Source: a virus
DNA length: 64,000 nt
Direction: 5' to 3' (one strand)
Virus record (IMG/VR): IMGVR_UViG_3300032046_005540
Location: 1 to 64,000 of that record
Shown here: piece after piece, positions 48,395 through 58,186 of the stretch
Layout: every line of letters begins with the position of its first letter
Numbering within the stretch: position 1 is the stretch's first letter
Notes under the pieces: model-generated
The model's database searches: none
What the model saw: the letters and a program-made list of their open reading frames with translations, nothing else
Told to the model about the DNA's origin: nothing
Translations under genes and position numbers: made by a program

Positions 48395-51300
48395 CTAAAT
48401 TTGTTTTATCTCTCCCCCTTCTGCTCCATATGGAATACTAAAATCTGGAAAAATCAATTCTTTTGTAGGTTTATATTTTTTTAGTCTATTTGACTCGCCC
48501 CAAGGATCATCTTCAACTGTTCCTTCAATCTCAGCCTGAGCTGGTTCAGAAGGATAACCAGGCCCTTGATCTTCCCTCAAAAGCAATGAAGGGCTGTTAT
48601 AATTTTTTGTTGTAGGTTGACCTTCAAAACTTAATTTTGTTGTAGAACCCATAATTTCTTGAACTTTACCAAGAGGAAAATGTTCATCTTCAGGTGTATA
48701 TGCTTCTAATTCAGTTATAGTAGGATCTAAATCCAATGTAGTAATTAATTCAGGCACATAATACACAAAATTTCCAAGTTTTCCTGAATCTTTTAACCAC
48801 CCAATAAAATTTTTTCCGTAGTATCCCCTTTCAATATCATCAAACTTTTTTCCGGCAGATGGAAGATTAATTGTTTCAAACCACTGCACATGAGAATCCC
48901 AATCTACAGATTTTGCAGGAGGAGTTATATAAACCTTTCCTTCATATACAGCCCACAACCCACCTTCGTTTTCAAAAAATGCTTTCTTTCTTAAACTCAA
49001 CGAAGCTAAATCAATATGAGGATCTAAATTATGTTCTACGATTGAATCATTTTTATCATGTCTTGGAGGATTTGTTCTTCTTAATTTTTTATTATCTGTT
49101 TTATCTTGACTAACCCAATTTTCAGGAATTTCTGAAACATTATCAGTTAAAAATGAGATTTTTCTCATTGCTAACTTCGGTTCCCAAATAACATCTTCAT
49201 CATTATTCAAAATATACTTTATATTTTCTGGGGAAATAACTTCAGTAGAAATATACCAATCAGTCATTCCTTGCCATTCCATATATTTATTACCAAGATC
49301 TAATAATTGTTCTTTCGTTGGATTATCAATTCCTTGAGCTTCTGCTAATCCTTCCCCATACCACATAATTGTATCAGGAGCGTATTGATTTAAAAGTTCT
49401 GCAAAATTTTGTATTGTAGCACTACTTACAATAACATAAATTGAATCTGGAGAACCTTTTCCTCCATCGCTTCTATAAAGTTCCCTAGGTTCATACAAAG
49501 TAAACATTATAAAATGAGGATACCCAGGAATATTTTTAAAAAAAGGCCCTGGCTCTGTTACAAAAGAAGGATCAAGTCCTTTTTGTAAAATACTTTCTAA
49601 ATTCCTTTTTGAAGTTTCATGAGAAAATAATTTTTGTGAGGTTTTTCTCATACTTAATTTAGGAATCAAAACATCCTCTAATTCTTTTGTTTCTTCTTCA
49701 GTAACTTGATCATCTTTTATTATATGTTTAATCTTTCTCAAAATATCTAAATATCTATATCTTTCAATTAACTTAAAAAGAATATTCCCAGGAGTCCAAT
49801 TTTTGCTTAAACCTTTCTCAATTGGTTCTTGCCCGTCATAAAATGCTTTATTTCTTTCCTCATGTATTTGTTCATTTTCTTTTTGTAACTGCTTTAAACC
49901 TTGTTCAATATCTTCTAACTTTTTTTCTACCAACTTTTGAATATCCTCTTTATCTCCTTCATAAGAACTTACCAATTCTTTTAAAATATTATAATCAATT
50001 AAGTCTCTTTTAGTTTTACCTAACTCTTCATCCAGCTTTTTCATAATATTTTCAGCTTTATCTTGTAACAACTTAATTTTGTCACTAACATCCAAGTTTT
50101 CCGGCATTTTCTGTGGTGAAACGATCCACTTATCATTTAGTATATCATAAGCCTCTTCACCCTGTGTCAATACACTTTCTTTGGCTGACAATATATAATA
50201 TGTAAGAGGATGTGAGGTTCCTGGTAATTTTTCTTTATTTAAAGTGTTCCAAAACACTTTTAGCAGTTCTTTTTGCATTTCTTCGTTGTCATCCTTTGCT
50301 TTATTTAGATTGTTCTCTTTATAAATATCCCAATCTACTTCAACATGAATGTCAATATCAGAAGTCTTTAGGTATCTATAAGTTGCAGTTGATCCAGTAT
50401 AATAAAATCCTTTACACCAAAGTTCTGGATTATTTATTCCTACTTCTCTCAAATAATCAATAAACCTTTTTATAATAAGGGTTTTAACATCTTTTTTTAA
50501 TTTTGGAAGGTCTCCAGATAAATCCCACATTTCTGGATCTAAATGTTTTTGAGGGTAATCGAGAATAGATGCTTTTTTATTAAACAAATACTCAGTTTGA
50601 GAAAAAATAGTTTCAAACAATTTTTCAGCTTCTTCCTCCAAATTTGGATTAACCATATTCATAACTATATGAGGTTCTCCTGTTATAAAATGGTCATGTA
50701 TAAAACTAATGATATTATCAATAGATATCATAATATTTTCATCAGTAACTGCAAACTCTAATTCTCGTATATCATCTTCAACTATAATAATACTTTCTTC
50801 GACGTCTTTATCTTCTTCAATACCTTCATACTCTTTCTTCATGTGTTCTAACAGTTTTTGTAAATTCTCAATAAAATCATATTGAATTTCAACTAATAAA
50901 TCATGATCATAAACTCCAGGAGTTTTTAATTGTTGTTTATAAAGCTTGCGAATATTACCTATATTAATAAATGCTTTCTTCCTCAAACTCAACGAAGCTG
51001 TCATTGTTTGTTCAGAGGTAGGATTATCTCCCCAAAGCCAAGGATCTCTATTTATTTTTACTTTTCCAGGAAACTTAATATCAAACCCTTGATCCGGTTG
51101 TCTTTCAAGCCATTTATCTTTTCCTTGAAAATATACTTCTCCTTCAGGATGTTCTCCTTGTTGACCTTGAAGAGGTTCATTCGGAGTTGGTTCAGAAACA
51201 GTAGATGCTGGTTTTTTCATTCTTAAATTTAAACTTTCTATAGGTTCTTTTTCTCCAATACTTTCTATAGTATTATAAATTTCATCAAAATCTCCTTGAA

Positions 51301-54300
51301 ACCAACCAAAGCTATAAGTTAAATGCGCTTGATGAATAATTTGATCAATAGCAATTATTTTTTCAGGCAAAGACTTAGTAAGAACTATTTCCATTTCGTG
51401 TATAAAATCATTCATATCATCTTCATAGCCTTCTCTATACATTTTAGGTAGGTCTTCGGGTATATCAGGGTCATTCCAAATACGAATTTTCTCCTGTTCC
51501 ATACCGTATATCAACTTAGTAATGACGTTATCTACAAATTCGTCTGTTAATAAACCTTTTCTTTCTAATTTATAAAATCGTTTAAGTTCTTGAATAGATA
51601 ATTTGTTAGAATCAGAAATATCTTGTGCTATTTTTTCTTTTTTCTTTTTTCGAGGCCAAGAATGAGGATAATCTAAAGATTTAAGAATTGGATTAGGAAC
51701 CGAAAATAGTTTTCTTAAATAATTAAATGTTTTTGTAATTAAATTTGAAGTTTCTTTTTCTTTTTTCATAGCTAAAGTTGTAATACCTTGAGTATAATCT
51801 AACATTTGAACCATTGCATCTGGAGGAAAATTCAAAGCGTTTTTTAGTTCTTCTAAATGATCATAAAATTCATTATAATCCCCCATTCCATACCAAACTA
51901 TTCTTTTTTCTTCTGGTTTAAAATCTTTACTACCAAACGCATAATCATAAAAATATCCTCTAACTATATTATCAAATACTTCTCCAGCTGAAGGAAGACC
52001 AATTTCTTCAAACCAATTCGGATGTCTTTTTCCAGGACTATAAGTTATATAAACATTTCCTTTATATATTGCCCAAGAACTTTCATTAGAAATAGGTTCG
52101 TCATAAATAAATGTTTCTGCTTTCTTTCTTAAATTTAATGAACTGCTAATTTTTAAATTACTTAATTCATCAAGAAATGTAGACCCTTCAGAGATAGGCC
52201 CCCAAACATCTTTTTTAGCAGGGCCATATTCAAAGTAACCAGAAATAAGATGTTGTGCATAGACATCATACATATGAGATGTATGAATAACAGTATCTAT
52301 AGCAACCATCTTTTCCTGAGGAGTTTTCGCTTTTTCTAAAACTGAAATAAGTCCACGAGTAACCTGAGACCAATCTATACTCGTTAAACTATCCAATGGA
52401 TGTTTTTCTTCCCAATTAGCTAATTCCAAAAGATTTTGTATAAACTTCGAAATAATTTCATCCATTAATTCTTCATCGTAAATGCCTTTAGCTTCCTGCC
52501 TATACAACCTAAATAATTCTTGTTTAGTTGTTAGAGGTGTAGGAAAATCTTCTTCATCATTTTGAGCTGTTTTTCTTAACTGTAAACTACTTAATTTTAT
52601 TTCTTTTTCCCATCCATGAGGTAATCCTTCAATTTGATATTCATGTGTTTTAGCTTCTTCTAGACTTAACAATAAAGTACTTTGGCAAATATCACAATTA
52701 ACCATTATAATTTTTTCATCTCCAAATTCTTGAAAACCTATAAAAGTATATGTAGGAATTTTATTATGAATTTCTTTATATTTATATTCATGACTTTCAA
52801 TACCTGCTTTTTTTCTCAAATTTAAAGAAACTTTTTCAAATGGTATTAACTCTTCAAAATATGGATCTCTAACTGAAATTTCTGTATCAGGTTTTAATTT
52901 AAGGACACTTAATAGTTTTGGTAAATTATCACTAAACTCTTCAAATGTTCCTGTATCTTTATACCATATCAGCCAATTATTACCATACCAAATTCCTCGA
53001 GGAGCAGAATCAAACGCAGTTCCTCCTGTAGGTAATCCTATTTCTTCAAACCAAGTTTCATGATGTTTGTATTCTTTAGTTGTTTTATATATTTCGCCAT
53101 TATAAATTGCCCAAAGGCCATCAGCATTTGCTTTCTTTCTCATACCTAACACTAATGCATTAGGTTCTTTAGATTCTAAAATTCCTAAAATAATTTCTGA
53201 AAATCTTTCAATTTCCCAAGTGCTTAATTCCGGATAATGATTTAAAACATAATTATAAATATTTTCATAAATTTTTGGTAATTCTAAATTTTCTTTAAAA
53301 TGGTTCAATGTTCTATTAATAACTTCTGAATCTAAAGTTGCTTTTTTCTTCATACTTAACTTTGTTCCCATTCCTTCATAAGCTAAAATAGAATTTGCAA
53401 TATATTTTTGTAAATCTAACAAATTATTAATTCTATTAACATTATTTATGATTGTTTGTTTATCCTCTTCAGCAATTTGAGAATTTTCAACTCTATTTAA
53501 AACTATATTTTTTGCTTCTGTTAAATCTAAAGCTTTCCAAACATCTTGTGCAATATCTTCTAAAATAGATATAATAGGACCTTTGTATTTTTTTGGTTTT
53601 CCTCCAAACTTTAAAGATGTTAGCATACCAAAATCTTCTTTCAACTGATCTAAAATAGCAAGGGCAATAAAAACACTTCTATCCGAAAAAACTTTCAAAT
53701 CTTCTTCTAAATGTTTTGTCAAATCAAGTATAAATGGTTTTTCATTAAATAAATTTTCATAAATCTCTTCAGCATTATGTAAATGTTCAAATTGTTTTAC
53801 AAAATCCTTAATAAATATTTCTTCTTCAGGAGTTAAATTTTGTTGAGATTGTTTTCTCATACTTAATTTTTCAACTACTTTTTGTTTTTGAGTCAATTTA
53901 GGAGCTAATTTAAGTTTACCTTGTTCTTGTAAAAAATCAATTAGATTACTCCAAACTTCATCAACTTTTTTTGATTTTTCAAGCGTTAATCCTTCTTCAC
54001 TTGTTCTATCAAGATATTCGTCATAATCCATTTTTAAATGCCAAATTATTGGAAAATCGACATGCATCATATTTATAGTATTATCAATAACAATCATTTT
54101 TGAATTAATATCAAAAGCATTATTTAATTCTTCCCAACGTTGTTTCATTTCTTCAATAACTTGTAATTCTCCTTCTTCTTTTCGAATATTCTCAGGATCT
54201 ATACCTTCATACCATTCAAAATAATCTTCAAAAAAGAACATCAAATCTCGAATAATTCTATCTGTTAAATTATCTAATTTTCTTTCAGTTTGCTGAAACT

Positions 54301-57300
54301 GATTAAATTCTGCCTCAGTTAAAGTTCCTTCATTATATTTTTGTTCTAATTCTCTATATCGTAATTCAAGTTCATAAACTGTTTTTAATTCACTAGGAGT
54401 AATAACTGCTTCTTTTCTCATTACTAAAGTCTTACTCCCAAATGGTTTTTTCAATGTTCTAGGTTTTGTATATTCTTTCCAAACCTCATTAACTAATTGT
54501 TGCCAAAAAGGTTTTTCTTCTTTTTCTTCTATTTTCTCTTTAGGTTCTCCAAGAATAGTAGGAGTAGGAGCAAATGCTATTTCAGGTTCTTCTTCTGTAG
54601 GAATTTTTTCTTCTAACTCTTCTTCTTCAATTGTAAATTTAGGCTCTTCAACAGGAGTTGGAATTTCTTTAAGAACTTCTTTTGGCTCTTCTACTTTAAT
54701 AAGTTCTTTTTTAGGTTCTTCTATTTTTTCTTCAAGTTTTTCAACTGGAATTTCTTTTTTAATTTCTTTTTCTGGCTTTTTTATTTTCAACTCATCTTCT
54801 GCAAACGGAGCAGTAAATCCAGGTTTAAATACATTAACTAAATCGTCAGCAACATTAGTTACTTCTTTAATTTCAATATTATACAATCCTTCTTCAGCTT
54901 TTCCTTTTATAATCCCTTTACCTTTTAGAACACCTCCAGGACTTTTTCGAGTTGCACCAAAATATCTTGTAGTATCAAATTCAACTTCATCTCCAGGTTT
55001 AAATTCTGTTTGAGCAATTCTTTTTAAATTTAAACTGCTAACTTTTAAATTGCTTAATTCCTCAAAAAAAAGATCATTTGACTTTATATCTGTTATCAAA
55101 TACTCTCCATATACACCAAATTCATGAGCTGTGTTTATTACTCTATCTATTGCAATCATTTTCTCTTGAGGAGTTGTTGCTTGTTGTAATATCTGAAGCA
55201 TTTTCTTTTCATCATTTATTATATTGTGTATAATTTGTTCATCCTCTGCTCCCTTTGAAAGTTTCAAATCTTTTTCATCAAATTTAATTAACCCTTCTAT
55301 AGTATTTATAAAATCAACAATAATCTGATCCATTAATTCTTCATCATAAATACCTTTTGCTTCTTGTTTATAAAGTCTTTTTAGTTGTTGTTTAGTCGTT
55401 TGTGATTCAAATTGAGCAGATTTTTCAAACCTAAGTTTTAGTTGTTGGGGGATAATAAATTGCTCTTCTATATTCTTTCTTATAGTTTCTTTTAAACTTT
55501 TTCCATATATTAATTCAAAAGGTTTTTGAAAAGCTTTATATTTACCCTCTTGTTCTTCTTTTGATTTTTCTTTTTTAAATCTTAAATTTTCAATAAATTC
55601 AGGAGATGGAGAAAAAAGATCAGGCTGCAAAAGTTCTTCTTGTTCAATTATAACCTTCTTATGACCAATGCGTTTAGGATTAAGATAATCTACATAAAAC
55701 TCAACATTAGGGCCAAGTTCTAAAGCAACAACCAGAGCATCTAAATTATTATTATACTCCTCAATTGTTCCTGTATTCTTATACCAAAAAACCTGATTAT
55801 TATTTTCAAGACGGCCCCGCGTGATGCGGTCAAAATATACACCACTCATAGGCCATCCCAAATCTTGAAACCATCCAGCATGATCTTCTCGATCATTCCA
55901 GTTGACTACTACTTGTCCTTCATAAATAGCCCATAAAGCACGACCATTACGTTTTGTAGTTTCTTTTCTCATACTTAGTTTATTTGCTACTATACCTCTA
56001 CTAATTACTTCTTTAGCTTGTTCTACTTCTTCTACTGTTACATCTGTTTTCTTACCACTTGCTATATCCCAGATTTCATCTTCAGTGTATTTTTGGAGTA
56101 GAGCGGAAAATGGAACTTTAACCCAAGGAACTCCAATTTCTTCAAGTTTTAAATCTTTTACAAGATTTTCAACTGGTTCTTTATAAAAACTCCTATACCA
56201 TTCTCCCAAAGCTTCTCCTATTTTTTCAGATGCTAATTTTTCAGTAAATGTTCCTAATCCATATTCATCAGTAACATAAACTTTCCACTGCTCAATAAAA
56301 GAAGAAGGAAACCTTCTCATATTATCCAAAATCAAACCATTTACTAAATGTTCACTCACATCTACATTTGAGGCAATATTATATATAAAAAGTCTTATAT
56401 CTCCAAGATTAGTTATTTTGAATTTATTAAGTTTTTCTAAAATATATTCAACACTTTGTGCTTTCTTTCTCATATTTAACTTAGATGCAAATTCTTTCAA
56501 TTCTTTTAATCTTTTTTTAGCTTCATCCCTTACAAAATCTTCTTTATCTTTAACCAATTCAGTTAATGTCTCAAAAAGAGTATTTTTGTTTTTAGCAACT
56601 TCCCAACGAATTCCTGGATCTTCATCTTTTGCTAACTCCACTAAAGTTTCAGGAGGAGTTCTTGGATTACTTGCTAACCTACTTTTTTCAAGCCCAGTTA
56701 AATATTTTTCCGGAGCTTCTACAACTTCTTGACCTTTTAATTGTAAATCTTCAATTACAAACTTTTGAATATCAGAAGAAAGATAAGGTAGGAGTTGTTC
56801 AAGAGTAGTTCCTGCTTTTATTTCTAATACCTCAGCAATCCATTTTTTTGTTTCTGGAAAATCTTCTAATAATAAACCTGTATTATGTTGAATATCATTT
56901 ATATGATCAATTATAGTTATGAGTTGATTAGTATCAGAAGTATTGATAAGTTGAATTAAAGATTCAGTTATATGACCCCAAGGAAGAACCTTGCGTTTCA
57001 TCCATTTGTTCCATTTTCCCTCATTCCATATTCGACTAACTTGTTCAAGAGGCAAATTTTTCAATTCTCCAAGATTCTTTATATTAAATTCTTTTTTCCA
57101 TTTATTCCAATCTAATAAACAAACACTGACTCCTCTACACGCATATACCAACGCTTTATATATACTTTTTGTAATTAAAGGAGCATATTCTTCTTTTACT
57201 TGTTGAACAATCATATCTTTATATTGAGAAGCATAAGGATTTTGTTCTAAATATTGATCCGAAAGGAGACTAACACCATAAAAATCATAAAATAGTTGTT

Positions 57301-58186
57301 TGTCAAGTTGAGAAGTTTTACGCATACTTAAACTTCCAAATATTCCTGGTCCTTGAGGATGTGGTCCTGGAGAAGACTCATACTCCATAGGATTTGAATA
57401 ATTAGGATCTATATTTATTATATTTCCTTGTTCATCTGGGTAATTATAAAAAGGAAGACGTTGTCTTGGTTTTTTAGGACCTTTAGGCCATTCATCTGAT
57501 TTTCCAGGTTCATAAAAATTTTCTTGCATAGTTTCAGGTTCGGCTGTTTTACGAAAGTTTAAATTACTGCTAATTTTTAAATTACTTAATTCATCAAAAA
57601 AAGGATCATATCCAGGTTCTACTCCTTGTATTAAAATTTCTCCATATTTTCCATGACCATGCATAGTATTTATTACTTGATCTATTGCTATCATTTTTTC
57701 TTCAGGAGTTTTTGCTTGTTGTAATATATTAATAAAATTAGTAAAATCTTTAGTATAGGTTTTCATATACTGTGGAGGAGACATTCCTTGGAAAGTTTGT
57801 TCAAAAAATTGTTTATATTTTTCTAAAGTATCTAAAAATTTTGAAATAATCTCATCTTCTAATTCTTCATCATAAATACCTTTTGCTTCTTGAATATATA
57901 ATCTTTTTATTTCTTCTTTTGTAACTTGAGGAAGAGGAAAAGGATATTTCTGTTCAGATTTTTTCCTTAAACTCAAAGAAGCTATTTTTGGAATATAATT
58001 CAAAATAGATTCTTTCATTTCTTCTGGGGAAACAAAAAAAGTCCCTTTTAAATTATCCAAAATATGTTTTTTATAGAAATCATGGTGTGGATGATTTGTA
58101 GGCACTCCCTGTTCATTTAAAATTTCAGAAACGGAATTAGAGTCAGCAAAAAAATATCGAGGTTCACTTTCCAATCTTTTAATCAT
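48395..58186 (-). CDS. Polyprotein A (3263 aa): about 25 modules separated by L-x-[MLF]-[RK]-[KR]-x-[AS] linkers
   Basis: 17 clear and about 6 degenerate linkers; includes a nucleotidyltransferase, an ART-like domain, LRV repeats, an SH3/KOW-like domain and two internally amplified domain families. Confidence 0.75.
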   Translation of the reverse strand: MIKRLESEPRYFFADSNSVSEILNEQGVPTNHPHHDFYKKHILDNLKGTFFVSPEEMKESILNYIPKIASLSLRKKSEQKYPFPLPQVTKEEIKRLYIQEAKGIYDEELEDEIISKFLDTLEKYKQFFEQTFQGMSPPQYMKTYTKDFTNFINILQQAKTPEEKMIAIDQVINTMHGHGKYGEILIQGVEPGYDPFFDELSNLKISSNLNFRKTAEPETMQENFYEPGKSDEWPKGPKKPRQRLPFYNYPDEQGNIINIDPNYSNPMEYESSPGPHPQGPGIFGSLSMRKTSQLDKQLFYDFYGVSLLSDQYLEQNPYASQYKDMIVQQVKEEYAPLITKSIYKALVYACRGVSVCLLDWNKWKKEFNIKNLGELKNLPLEQVSRIWNEGKWNKWMKRKVLPWGHITESLIQLINTSDTNQLITIIDHINDIQHNTGLLLEDFPETKKWIAEVLEIKAGTTLEQLLPYLSSDIQKFVIEDLQLKGQEVVEAPEKYLTGLEKSRLASNPRTPPETLVELAKDEDPGIRWEVAKNKNTLFETLTELVKDKEDFVRDEAKKRLKELKEFASKLNMRKKAQSVEYILEKLNKFKITNLGDIRLFIYNIASNVDVSEHLVNGLILDNMRRFPSSFIEQWKVYVTDEYGLGTFTEKLASEKIGEALGEWYRSFYKEPVENLVKDLKLEEIGVPWVKVPFSALLQKYTEDEIWDIASGKKTDVTVEEVEQAKEVISRGIVANKLSMRKETTKRNGRALWAIYEGQVVVNWNDREDHAGWFQDLGWPMSGVYFDRITRGRLENNNQVFWYKNTGTIEEYNNNLDALVVALELGPNVEFYVDYLNPKRIGHKKVIIEQEELLQPDLFSPSPEFIENLRFKKEKSKEEQEGKYKAFQKPFELIYGKSLKETIRKNIEEQFIIPQQLKLRFEKSAQFESQTTKQQLKRLYKQEAKGIYDEELMDQIIVDFINTIEGLIKFDEKDLKLSKGAEDEQIIHNIINDEKKMLQILQQATTPQEKMIAIDRVINTAHEFGVYGEYLITDIKSNDLFFEELSNLKVSSLNLKRIAQTEFKPGDEVEFDTTRYFGATRKSPGGVLKGKGIIKGKAEEGLYNIEIKEVTNVADDLVNVFKPGFTAPFAEDELKIKKPEKEIKKEIPVEKLEEKIEEPKKELIKVEEPKEVLKEIPTPVEEPKFTIEEEELEEKIPTEEEPEIAFAPTPTILGEPKEKIEEKEEKPFWQQLVNEVWKEYTKPRTLKKPFGSKTLVMRKEAVITPSELKTVYELELRYRELEQKYNEGTLTEAEFNQFQQTERKLDNLTDRIIRDLMFFFEDYFEWYEGIDPENIRKEEGELQVIEEMKQRWEELNNAFDINSKMIVIDNTINMMHVDFPIIWHLKMDYDEYLDRTSEEGLTLEKSKKVDEVWSNLIDFLQEQGKLKLAPKLTQKQKVVEKLSMRKQSQQNLTPEEEIFIKDFVKQFEHLHNAEEIYENLFNEKPFILDLTKHLEEDLKVFSDRSVFIALAILDQLKEDFGMLTSLKFGGKPKKYKGPIISILEDIAQDVWKALDLTEAKNIVLNRVENSQIAEEDKQTIINNVNRINNLLDLQKYIANSILAYEGMGTKLSMKKKATLDSEVINRTLNHFKENLELPKIYENIYNYVLNHYPELSTWEIERFSEIILGILESKEPNALVLGMRKKANADGLWAIYNGEIYKTTKEYKHHETWFEEIGLPTGGTAFDSAPRGIWYGNNWLIWYKDTGTFEEFSDNLPKLLSVLKLKPDTEISVRDPYFEELIPFEKVSLNLRKKAGIESHEYKYKEIHNKIPTYTFIGFQEFGDEKIIMVNCDICQSTLLLSLEEAKTHEYQIEGLPHGWEKEIKLSSLQLRKTAQNDEEDFPTPLTTKQELFRLYRQEAKGIYDEELMDEIISKFIQNLLELANWEEKHPLDSLTSIDWSQVTRGLISVLEKAKTPQEKMVAIDTVIHTSHMYDVYAQHLISGYFEYGPAKKDVWGPISEGSTFLDELSNLKISSSLNLRKKAETFIYDEPISNESSWAIYKGNVYITYSPGKRHPNWFEEIGLPSAGEVFDNIVRGYFYDYAFGSKDFKPEEKRIVWYGMGDYNEFYDHLEELKNALNFPPDAMVQMLDYTQGITTLAMKKEKETSNLITKTFNYLRKLFSVPNPILKSLDYPHSWPRKKKKEKIAQDISDSNKLSIQELKRFYKLERKGLLTDEFVDNVITKLIYGMEQEKIRIWNDPDIPEDLPKMYREGYEDDMNDFIHEMEIVLTKSLPEKIIAIDQIIHQAHLTYSFGWFQGDFDEIYNTIESIGEKEPIESLNLRMKKPASTVSEPTPNEPLQGQQGEHPEGEVYFQGKDKWLERQPDQGFDIKFPGKVKINRDPWLWGDNPTSEQTMTASLSLRKKAFINIGNIRKLYKQQLKTPGVYDHDLLVEIQYDFIENLQKLLEHMKKEYEGIEEDKDVEESIIIVEDDIRELEFAVTDENIMISIDNIISFIHDHFITGEPHIVMNMVNPNLEEEAEKLFETIFSQTEYLFNKKASILDYPQKHLDPEMWDLSGDLPKLKKDVKTLIIKRFIDYLREVGINNPELWCKGFYYTGSTATYRYLKTSDIDIHVEVDWDIYKENNLNKAKDDNEEMQKELLKVFWNTLNKEKLPGTSHPLTYYILSAKESVLTQGEEAYDILNDKWIVSPQKMPENLDVSDKIKLLQDKAENIMKKLDEELGKTKRDLIDYNILKELVSSYEGDKEDIQKLVEKKLEDIEQGLKQLQKENEQIHEERNKAFYDGQEPIEKGLSKNWTPGNILFKLIERYRYLDILRKIKHIIKDDQVTEEETKELEDVLIPKLSMRKTSQKLFSHETSKRNLESILQKGLDPSFVTEPGPFFKNIPGYPHFIMFTLYEPRELYRSDGGKGSPDSIYVIVSSATIQNFAELLNQYAPDTIMWYGEGLAEAQGIDNPTKEQLLDLGNKYMEWQGMTDWYISTEVISPENIKYILNNDEDVIWEPKLAMRKISFLTDNVSEIPENWVSQDKTDNKKLRRTNPPRHDKNDSIVEHNLDPHIDLASLSLRKKAFFENEGGLWAVYEGKVYITPPAKSVDWDSHVQWFETINLPSAGKKFDDIERGYYGKNFIGWLKDSGKLGNFVYYVPELITTLDLDPTITELEAYTPEDEHFPLGKVQEIMGSTTKLSFEGQPTTKNYNSPSLLLREDQGPGYPSEPAQAEIEGTVEDDPWGESNRLKKYKPTKELIFPDFSIPYGAEGGEIKQI

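Noticed and set aside
48395-58186. LSMRK linkers as DNA-level recombination sites (integron- or CRISPR-like array)
   Set aside because: Nucleotide sequence varies at synonymous positions while the peptide is kept, spacing is irregular, there is no palindrome, and no integrase or cas gene is visible in the window. Homologous recombination at linkers remains plausible.
15322-58186. Giant ORFs as artefacts of stop-codon reassignment or read-through of separate genes
   Set aside because: The frames are open in the standard code, genes end in TAA, TAG and TGA throughout the window, many linkers lack Met (SLRKKA), and I saw no RBS before the linker Met codons.
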